Below are positions 57,434 to 64,000 of a DNA stretch of 64,000 nt, piece after piece. The translations under genes were made by a program, and so were the position numbers. Position 1 is the first letter of the stretch; each line of letters starts with the position of its first letter. The DNA is from Candidatus Woykebacteria bacterium RBG_13_40_15 (GTDB lineage Bacteria > Patescibacteriota > Microgenomatia > Woykebacterales > RBG-16-39-9b). The stretch covers positions 96,049 through 160,048 of the forward strand of contig MHCP01000015.1 in the NCBI GenBank assembly GCA_001816655.1. Reading direction: 5' to 3'. Below the pieces are notes generated by a model. That model worked only from the letters and a program-made list of their open reading frames with translations, was not told where the DNA came from and did no database searches.

Positions 57434-58333
57434 ATGATAGATTTAGTAAAAGTTAGTCAGTCTGGAGACTCCAGGCAATCATCAATAGTAGTTGAACCAC
57501 TTCCTCAAGGGTTTGGTTTAACCTTGGGGAATTCTCTGCGAAGAGTTTTACTCTCTTCTTTGACGGGGGCTGCAATCACCCAAGCGAAAATTGACGGTGT
57601 GCAGCATGAATACAGCACTATAAAAGGAGTAAAGGAAGATGTTGTGGAACTTCTATTGAACCTAAAAAAGATTAGGTTGACTATTGAGGGAGAAAAGAGT
57701 GCAAAACTAGAACTTGACGCAAAAGGGCTGGGAGAAGTTAAAGCAAAAGACATTAAGTTACCCGCGGGTGTTCAAATAGCAAACCCCGATCTACACATAG
57801 CCTCTTTAGCGGAAAAGTCTAAGTTGTCTATAGAAATGACTGCAGAAAAAGGACAAGGCTTTTTGCCGGTTGAATCTCGCAGGTCTTTAGGGATTGGAAG
57901 AATTCCACTTGATGCGACTTTTTCTCCTATTGTAAAAGTAAATTATAAAGTTGAGCCGATTCGTGTTGGGCAAATGACCAATTTTGATAAGTTGACACTC
58001 TTTGTTACTACCGACGGTACGATTACACCAGCAGAAGCGGTAAAAAACGCCTCAAAAATATTGCAGGATTACTTCGCGATTTTGGTTGAGCAAAGAAAGC
58101 AACCAATACGAGTTCAAGAGCCACCGGTAAGTGCTGCAAAAATCAGTAAGAACGCTTCCGTAGAAGAACTAGAGCTTTCTACTAGGGTCACTAATGCATT
58201 GAAGAACGCAAATATTGATACGGTTGAGAAATTGATTGAAACCCCGAAGGAAGAACTTGTCAAGTTAAAGAATATGGGTGCAAAGTCTATTAGTGATATT
58301 GAGGAAAAATTGAAGGAAAAAGGGCTAATTTAA
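57434..58333 (+). CDS. rpoA: DNA-directed RNA polymerase subunit alpha (compact, 299 aa)
   Basis: N-terminal dimerisation domain and C-terminal alpha-CTD (HhH). Confidence 0.93.
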   Translation: MIDLVKVSQSGDSRQSSIVVEPLPQGFGLTLGNSLRRVLLSSLTGAAITQAKIDGVQHEYSTIKGVKEDVVELLLNLKKIRLTIEGEKSAKLELDAKGLGEVKAKDIKLPAGVQIANPDLHIASLAEKSKLSIEMTAEKGQGFLPVESRRSLGIGRIPLDATFSPIVKVNYKVEPIRVGQMTNFDKLTLFVTTDGTITPAEAVKNASKILQDYFAILVEQRKQPIRVQEPPVSAAKISKNASVEELELSTRVTNALKNANIDTVEKLIETPKEELVKLKNMGAKSISDIEEKLKEKGLI

Positions 58334-58337
58334 GTTT

Positions 58338-58835
58338 ATGATTCATAGAGTATCCAAAAGAAAATTTTCGCGTGATACAAATGCCAGAAAAGCGTTGCTA
58401 AAAAATCTAGCCAACGAACTTATTCTACACGAGCGTATTACTACCACGCAGGCCCGTGCTAAGAGCCTGCGACCATTTTTAGAAAAGCTGGTAACAAAAT
58501 CTAAAAATAATACGCTATCAACTCGTAGATTATTGATATCTAGATTGGGTTTGCAAAATGCTGTCGGCAAACTGCTAGATGTGATAGGGCCAATTTTTAA
58601 AGAACGTCCTGGGGGTTACACAAGAATAATCAAACTTCCATCACGAACCGGGGATAATGCAGAAATGGCAGTTATTGAGTTTGTGGAAAATGTTTCGGAA
58701 ATTGCGGCAAAAAAGAAACTTGAAAAGCCAACAAAAGAAGAGAAGACAAAAATAGAAGTTAAGGAAAAACCAAAAACCAAAAAGATAGTTCAAAAAAAGA
58801 AAGAAGTTAAACCAAAAGAAAAAACTAAAAAATAA
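58338..58835 (+). CDS. rplQ: 50S ribosomal protein L17 (with K-rich tail)
   Basis: L17 core plus a lysine-rich C-terminal extension. Confidence 0.92.
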   Translation: MIHRVSKRKFSRDTNARKALLKNLANELILHERITTTQARAKSLRPFLEKLVTKSKNNTLSTRRLLISRLGLQNAVGKLLDVIGPIFKERPGGYTRIIKLPSRTGDNAEMAVIEFVENVSEIAAKKKLEKPTKEEKTKIEVKEKPKTKKIVQKKKEVKPKEKTKK

Positions 58836-58837
58836 TT

Positions 58838-59290
58838 ATGGAGAAGAAAATTGCAAGTACAACCAGACAAAGAACGCCAAAAAAATTAGAACCAGAAAGA
58901 AATTGGTTTTTATTCGATGCGGAGGACGAGATACTTGGTCGTCTAGCAGCAAAAATAGCACCAATTTTAATGGGAAAAAATAAAGTCTCTTGGCTGCCTT
59001 ATTTGGATAAAGGCGACTTCGTTGTGGTAGTTAACGCCTCGAAAGTAGCAATCAGCGGCAATAAAGAAGAAGATAAAAAATACTACCGATACTCTGGTTA
59101 TCCAGGAGGGTTAAAAACTGAAAACCTAAAAGTTAAGAGAGCTACTAAACCACAAGATATCATTTATCATGCAGTAGCCGGAATGTTGCCAAAAACTAAA
59201 TTAGGTAGACAAATGATTAAAAAACTTTTTGTTTACCCTTGCGATAAACATCCACACGAGGCTCAAAAACCAGTGAAGATGGGAGGTTAA
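58838..59290 (+). CDS. rplM: 50S ribosomal protein L13
   Basis: 150 aa, L13 family. Confidence 0.93.
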   Translation: MEKKIASTTRQRTPKKLEPERNWFLFDAEDEILGRLAAKIAPILMGKNKVSWLPYLDKGDFVVVVNASKVAISGNKEEDKKYYRYSGYPGGLKTENLKVKRATKPQDIIYHAVAGMLPKTKLGRQMIKKLFVYPCDKHPHEAQKPVKMGG

Positions 59291-59291
59291 A

Positions 59292-59756
59292 ATGCCAAGA
59301 AAAAAGAAAGAAGAAATTAAAACCAGCGAAAAAGAAGTAAAAGAAAAAAAAGCAAAGAAAGTGCCCGTTGAAACTCTAATGGGTACAGGAAGAAGAAAAA
59401 CATCAATTGCCACAGCTTGGTTAAAGCGAGAAAAAGGAGTCTTTACCGTAAACGAAAAACCGATGGAAGAATATTTCCCTGGTGAGGCAGCAAAGAAAAT
59501 TTATGAAGAGCCCTTGAGGGTGGTAAACCGAGTCGGCCAAATATCAGGGACAATCAAAGTTTCCGGTGGTGGTACTGCTTCTCAGTTGGGTGCAGTGGTT
59601 CATGCCCTTTCTCATGCATTAGCGAAGGCAGACCAATCATATAGAGAGATTCTTTCAAAAAAGAAATTTCTGACTCGTGATTCTCGGATGAAAGAGCGTC
59701 GTAAATATGGACACGCAGGAAAAGCCCGTAAGAAAAAGCAAAGCCCGAAGCGATAA
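59292..59756 (+). CDS. rpsI: 30S ribosomal protein S9
   Basis: 154 aa (GTGRRK...), basic C-terminus ending in KR. Confidence 0.93.
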   Translation: MPRKKKEEIKTSEKEVKEKKAKKVPVETLMGTGRRKTSIATAWLKREKGVFTVNEKPMEEYFPGEAAKKIYEEPLRVVNRVGQISGTIKVSGGGTASQLGAVVHALSHALAKADQSYREILSKKKFLTRDSRMKERRKYGHAGKARKKKQSPKR

Positions 59757-59801
59757 TCCTAAGATTTTCGAAGGACAGAGTCCGAAACGATAAATAGAGG
59801 A

Positions 59802-59835
59802 GTCGAGGCCAACCAGTAAACCAGCTGACCTCGAC
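59802..59835. terminator. Bidirectional hairpin between rpsI and the convergent 3D-domain gene
   Basis: GTCGAGG-(20-nt loop)-CCTCGAC. Confidence 0.4.
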
Positions 59836-59907
59836 CCAAAGGTTCCAATCAGGAAAAGACCACCCCTAGACCGCCAAGGATTTCCCTATATGCTGCAGGG
59901 AGACAGC

Positions 59908-60495
59908 CTAGTCTCGCCAGATGATGAACCCGTTTCCCCTAAAAGGGAAATTGTAGCCCTTACCGTTTTCTGCAACCCAGATATCCACCTTGTTTCCAGT
60001 TACAGCTCCTCCGGTGTCTTCGCAGGTGTAGACTTGATCCGAGTTGTCACCAACGATGGTGAACTCTCGCCCCAACCATTCAATAGGGCAAGCAGCCACA
60101 CCAGGGCGAACAGGGGTGCCGGACTTAGTGTTACCACAATAACCGCCACCATCATCACCTAGCACTTCTACTGTCTTACGGCAGTAGTAGAAGGCGATCC
60201 AGACTTCGGTGCCTAGATTTGCCTTGGAGGTTGGGGGGTTTGGTTGTGGTTGTTCCTCAGCCACAGGGGGTGAACTTGCGGCCCGCATCTCTGGTTGCGG
60301 TATACCCGGGGTTGGTGTTGGTGTTACCATCGTGGGGGTTGGAGTGACTAGAGACGTTTCTTGAGAGAGCTTGACTTGGGTCTGTTCTCGAGGGTTTTGC
60401 CCAGCAGATCTTTGATTGTGTTGGTGCATGTTGGTACGAATCCCAGGTATCAGTGCCACTAGTAGAACTAGGATTAGCACCAGCCAGACGCGCAA
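59908..60495 (-). CDS. Secreted 3D-domain protein (MltA/YuiC-like cell-wall-binding/lytic domain), Pro/Thr-rich linker
   Basis: N-terminal signal-like helix. PTPT linker. C-terminal YTCEDTGGAVTGNKVDIWV 3D-domain motif. GC-rich. Confidence 0.6.
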   Translation of the reverse strand: MRVWLVLILVLLVALIPGIRTNMHQHNQRSAGQNPREQTQVKLSQETSLVTPTPTMVTPTPTPGIPQPEMRAASSPPVAEEQPQPNPPTSKANLGTEVWIAFYYCRKTVEVLGDDGGGYCGNTKSGTPVRPGVAACPIEWLGREFTIVGDNSDQVYTCEDTGGAVTGNKVDIWVAENGKGYNFPFRGNGFIIWRD

Positions 60496-60584
60496 TCTCC
60501 CTTTCTCCTTGAGCAGCCTTTCCCGTCACACCGGAACCAACCTGAGGATAACAGTTTAAAGTGAGATTGTAAACAGGCAAGTGA

Positions 60585-60785
60585 CTAATACATTTTTCCG
60601 CGGAAGATGGCTTGGTAGAATAAAAGAAGACTAATTGCTCCGGGTAAAATTGCAAACTTTTTTGCTAAATCCCAAGGCAATTGGACTAAGAGGAAAGCGG
60701 CCACAAGCAATATTATTGCCCAAGCAATTATTGGCATTCTCGTTAATTTCCAAATAATATCTTTCCAACGGTTTTGCGTTTCCAT
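60585..60785 (-). CDS. Small membrane protein, hypothetical
   Basis: 66 aa with one TM helix. Between the 3D-domain gene and tRNA-Pro. Confidence 0.3.
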   Translation of the reverse strand: METQNRWKDIIWKLTRMPIIAWAIILLVAAFLLVQLPWDLAKKFAILPGAISLLLFYQAIFRGKMY

Positions 60786-60821
60786 ACTTTCCTAAATCAA
60801 TTATAATACAGATTGCGCTAA

Positions 60822-60896
60822 CGGGGTGTAGCTCAGTGGTAGAGCACAGGGCTGGGGGTCCTGGTGCCGGAGGTTCGATTCCTCTCACCCCGACCA
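60822..60896 (+). tRNA. tRNA-Pro (anticodon GGG)
   Basis: Canonical cloverleaf CGGGGTG-TA-GCTC..GAGC-A-CAGGG-CTGGGGG-TCCTG..GGAGG-TTCGATT-CCTCT-CACCCCG-A-CCA. Confidence 0.9.
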
Positions 60897-60932
60897 ATTC
60901 TCGACAAATAATTTTGGTAGTATAATCTAAGT

Positions 60933-61340
60933 ATGTATATCGCATATGCTATTCTTGCTGCTTTTACAGCTGGTTTGGTCGCAATATTTGGAAAAATTGG
61001 TCTTGAAAAAGTTGACACCACTTTGGCCACAACCATCCGCGCAATAATAATGGCCGCTATTTTGCTTCTGACAAGTCTCGCACTCCGAAAGTGGAATCTC
61101 TCGCAAATAGATAGTAGAGCATTCCTTTACATTTTTCTGGCCGGTCTTGCTGGAGCAGTCTCTTGGCTCTTCTACTTTTTGGCTTTGAAAAGCGGCCCAG
61201 CTACAGCGGTTGCTGCACTTGATCGATTGAGTGTTGTTTTTGTGCTTGTTTTGGCGGCTATATTTTTGAATGAAAGTCTGACAGTTAAAACTGTAATTGG
61301 TGGGGTCTTAGTAGTAGTAGGCGCACTTCTTTTTATCTAA
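60933..61340 (+). CDS. EamA-domain (DMT superfamily) small membrane protein
   Basis: 135 aa with four TM helices in a single EamA repeat. Confidence 0.6.
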   Translation: MYIAYAILAAFTAGLVAIFGKIGLEKVDTTLATTIRAIIMAAILLLTSLALRKWNLSQIDSRAFLYIFLAGLAGAVSWLFYFLALKSGPATAVAALDRLSVVFVLVLAAIFLNESLTVKTVIGGVLVVVGALLFI

Positions 61341-61942
61341 TTTACTCCAACCTTCTCCATCACATCCCCTATCTTTATTTTGTCAACCACATCTATGCCA
61401 GAGATTACTTTTCCAAAGATCGTATATTTTTTCGGTAAGTCATTGGTTGCCAGCATTATGAAAAATTGACTGCCGTTTGTATTTGGGCCGGAATTTGCCA
61501 TGGCTACTATTCCTCGATCGTAATTACGTGTAACCGTTTCATCTTCGAATTCATACCCTGGGCTACCGGTTCCGTCTCCATTTGGATCCCCGCCTTGGAT
61601 AACAAAACCCTCCTCTCGGCGATGGAATGTTAACCTATCATAAAATCCTTGTTTTGAAAGAAATATGAAATTACTAACTGCTTTTGGAGCTTCCTCACCA
61701 AATAGCTCGATTTGTATATCTCCTTTAGCAGTTTTAATTAATGCTACTTTATTTTTCAATTCTTCAGCGGAAAAAACACCGGGAAATTTATCGAATTTTT
61801 TACTTTTCTCCCCCAAAGCATTTGTTGTAGATTGATTAGGCACGATAGAACCCTCCTTTTTTGTTTTGTTATTAATAGAAAAAGCTACTAAGATAATTAT
61901 AATCAAAGCAGCTACTCCGACAAAAATACTAGTTGATTTCAT
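61337..61942 (-). CDS. Cyclophilin-type peptidyl-prolyl cis-trans isomerase (membrane-anchored/secreted)
   Basis: N-terminal TM helix. Cyclophilin motifs FHR...GFVIQGGDP.G.GTG..GY.F.DE and NSGPNTNGSQFFI. Confidence 0.85.
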   Translation of the reverse strand: MKSTSIFVGVAALIIIILVAFSINNKTKKEGSIVPNQSTTNALGEKSKKFDKFPGVFSAEELKNKVALIKTAKGDIQIELFGEEAPKAVSNFIFLSKQGFYDRLTFHRREEGFVIQGGDPNGDGTGSPGYEFEDETVTRNYDRGIVAMANSGPNTNGSQFFIMLATNDLPKKYTIFGKVISGIDVVDKIKIGDVMEKVGVN

Positions 61943-62087
61943 AGAAAAATTATTCTAACACATTTTTCAAAATCAGAACAATCGTAAGGTTACCTGTCCG
62001 TCGGCAGGCGGACATCTCGCCACCCCTTCTATGGTGAGATATAGTCCGCTTTGCGTACTGTTTCTCTAGGGATATATAATTAGTTTA

Positions 62088-63329
62088 ATGAGTGAGACTT
62101 CTGAAATTCCCCAAAGCCCGCCCGAAGGTGGAATAGCTACAGAAAAACCTGTTCCTACAGCCGCAGAACAGAAAAAGCAAGAACCAGAAGAAAAAGACCC
62201 ATTTAAATTGGAAATAGAGGGAGCTGGGGATGAGATTCGCGAGTTACTGAAAAGAGAAAACTTTATAGCACATGATAATGACGATTTAATTAGACAACTA
62301 GAAGACCCAAATCGTCGGTTTGCAACCTTAGTTGGGTTTAGGAGAGAAGAAGGAAGAGAGCTTCCGGTTAAAAGATTTTTCAAAGGCCCCCTGCCGCAAC
62401 AAGATCCAGAAAGAGACGAAAAAACAAGGCTTGCTTTCCAACGCCAAACCCTCGCACATTATTATTTGGATATGCATACAGAAGTCCCGCTTGCAGAAAT
62501 ATTTGAATTTAACGCCGATCCTTCAAAGGGACCGATGTATGCTGTTATGGCGACTTACGAGGAAGGATCTGGTATTGGGTTTTTAAGAGGTTACGAGGAC
62601 ATTGGTAAGCTAACACCAAAGCACGCTAGACTTGCAGTCCGGGCAATAAGAGGTTTAGCCCATCAAGAAAATGGAATTACGCCTGAGTTAGCAGAGGTTT
62701 TAGATAAAAGACCCGCCTACCAAGACTTCGAAGGTTTTGAAGGAAATATGACTGCTATTTTGGATAAGCCGGTAATTGGAGCAGGCAAGCCTCACTCCGA
62801 GGATAAAAGACCTTTGCATAAGATTTTGGAAGAAAGAACTAGAATAGGCGGTTTTAGGGAAAAGGCTTTAAGTCTGGTCGCCTGCTTGAAAACAACTATT
62901 GAAGAAGGACAAAAAGGTATTCATTTGGTTCACGGTGATTTGGCACCAAACAATCTTTTTCTTGGAGACGGAATAAAGGCCGAAGAACTAATGTTCTTAG
63001 ATTTCGAGTGGGCGGGTATAAGTGGTAATCAAATACTTGCCGAGGCTTATGATTTTGGAAATTTGCGGGCACGGTCATGGACAAACGAAGAATTTAGAGA
63101 TTCTTTGGATAAAGAAATGATTGAAAGTTACGCGTCAGAAGGCCGTGAAGATATTGGTAGGGCAATTGTTACCCTTGGAATTTTAAGATCGCATATGAAT
63201 CTCGCTGGTTTTTTTGAAAATTACCCACCCGAAAAATCTGAACAACAAATACAAATTGAACGTCGCGAAGCAACAGAAAAAGATATTGCTAAAGCATGGG
63301 AAGTTTTAGGACTTAATCCTAAAGCTTAA
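62088..63329 (+). CDS. Hypothetical protein with kinase-like (APH/choline-kinase family) catalytic motif
   Basis: 413 aa. HLVHGDLAPNNLFL resembles the HGDxxxxN catalytic loop of phosphotransferase-family kinases. The N-terminus is low-complexity. Confidence 0.55.
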   Translation: MSETSEIPQSPPEGGIATEKPVPTAAEQKKQEPEEKDPFKLEIEGAGDEIRELLKRENFIAHDNDDLIRQLEDPNRRFATLVGFRREEGRELPVKRFFKGPLPQQDPERDEKTRLAFQRQTLAHYYLDMHTEVPLAEIFEFNADPSKGPMYAVMATYEEGSGIGFLRGYEDIGKLTPKHARLAVRAIRGLAHQENGITPELAEVLDKRPAYQDFEGFEGNMTAILDKPVIGAGKPHSEDKRPLHKILEERTRIGGFREKALSLVACLKTTIEEGQKGIHLVHGDLAPNNLFLGDGIKAEELMFLDFEWAGISGNQILAEAYDFGNLRARSWTNEEFRDSLDKEMIESYASEGREDIGRAIVTLGILRSHMNLAGFFENYPPEKSEQQIQIERREATEKDIAKAWEVLGLNPKA

Positions 63330-63372
63330 ACTTGTTTACAAGTATTAAAAGTTTGGTTTATACTTAAATTAA

Positions 63373-64000
63373 TGGATTTTTCTGCCCTGATAAAAAAATC
63401 ATTCGATATTGCCTGGCACAATAGAGTGCTTTGGCTTTTTGGCTTTTTATCCGGTGGCGTAACAGGCATTGGTTCCTTAAATCCGAATAGTTTCAATATC
63501 GGGCTACCAAGCTCTGAAAAATCAACGGAGCACACAAGTAATGTACTTGGAGCTATGGACCCTTCAGCAATTTCCTCGCAGACCTGGTTAATAATACTTT
63601 TAGTAGCGGCTTTGGTTATATTGGTTCTTGTATTAATTGCGATTTTTGTCAGTAATTGGGCTGCTGGGGCATTGGTTTTTTCAATTCTTGAGCGGGACAA
63701 ACAAAGACCCTCATTTAGTGTGGGGGCGCGTGCCGGATTTAAGTATTGGTGGAAGTTTTGGCTGCTTACACTTACTTTAGGACTTTTAATTTTAGCCTTT
63801 ATGTTAATGCTAGCTTTACCGGCCATCCTACTTTTTATTAGTAGGCTGCAGGTGTTGGCGATAATTTATATAGTTTTAGCGGTTATTATATTTGTGCTGG
63901 CAATTTTTGTGATTTCCACAATTGGATCACTAATCATTACTATTTCTCAAAGAATTATTATTCAAAAAGAAGTTGGGGTGTTGGAATCAATTAGACTTTC
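63373..64000 (+). CDS. Multi-pass membrane protein (3'-partial, runs off the window)
   Basis: Open frame from ATG 63373 to the window end with several strongly hydrophobic segments. It reaches no stop, so it is absent from the ORF track. Confidence 0.45.

Noticed and set aside
63326-63826. Minus-strand 166-aa ORF at the window end
   Set aside because: The opposite (plus) strand carries an open frame from 63373 to the window end with strongly hydrophobic TM-like segments. That is a more plausible gene. The minus ORF has no motifs.

Overview
This window is an AT-rich, gene-dense bacterial chromosome segment. Three things suggest a streamlined, CPR/Patescibacteria-like organism (inference): L30 is absent, IF-2, AlaRS and RpoA are compact, and ribosomal proteins carry unusual extensions. 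Most of the window is collinear housekeeping genes. The order is hrcA-grpE-dnaK ... dnaJ, a tRNA-Asn, nusA-infB-rpsO-pnp, udg, rnj, ftsK, a rodZ-like gene, alaS, mltG, rpoB-rpoC, then a long ribosomal superoperon from rpsL through rpsI, with secY-adk-map-infA-rpmJ inside the superoperon, then a tRNA-Pro. The main accessory feature is a ~7.6 kb mosaic island wedged between dnaK and dnaJ (about 3267-10869). It holds five copies of a ~40-bp near-consensus sigma70 promoter repeat (CTTGAAATTTCTATAAGTCA-N6-TATAAT), each heading a different cassette. Several cassettes are conspicuously GC-rich and look foreign: two small unknown ORFs, a FabG/HadA/HadB-like trio, a secreted HEXXH protein and a 330-aa orphan. 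Others are host-like in composition: a Zn-ribbon/DUF4145-like protein, VapBC and a radical-SAM SplB-like gene. The island also carries diverged duplicated 5' fragments of the radical-SAM gene and of dnaJ. Other notable items are a ~550-bp GC-rich ORF-free structured region after dnaJ, a small palindromic hairpin element family (AGATnTAATCT) shared between ribosomal intergenic regions and the island, a structured pnp leader, and a GC-rich secreted 3D-domain gene beside tRNA-Pro. No CRISPR array, integrase or transposase is visible in the window.
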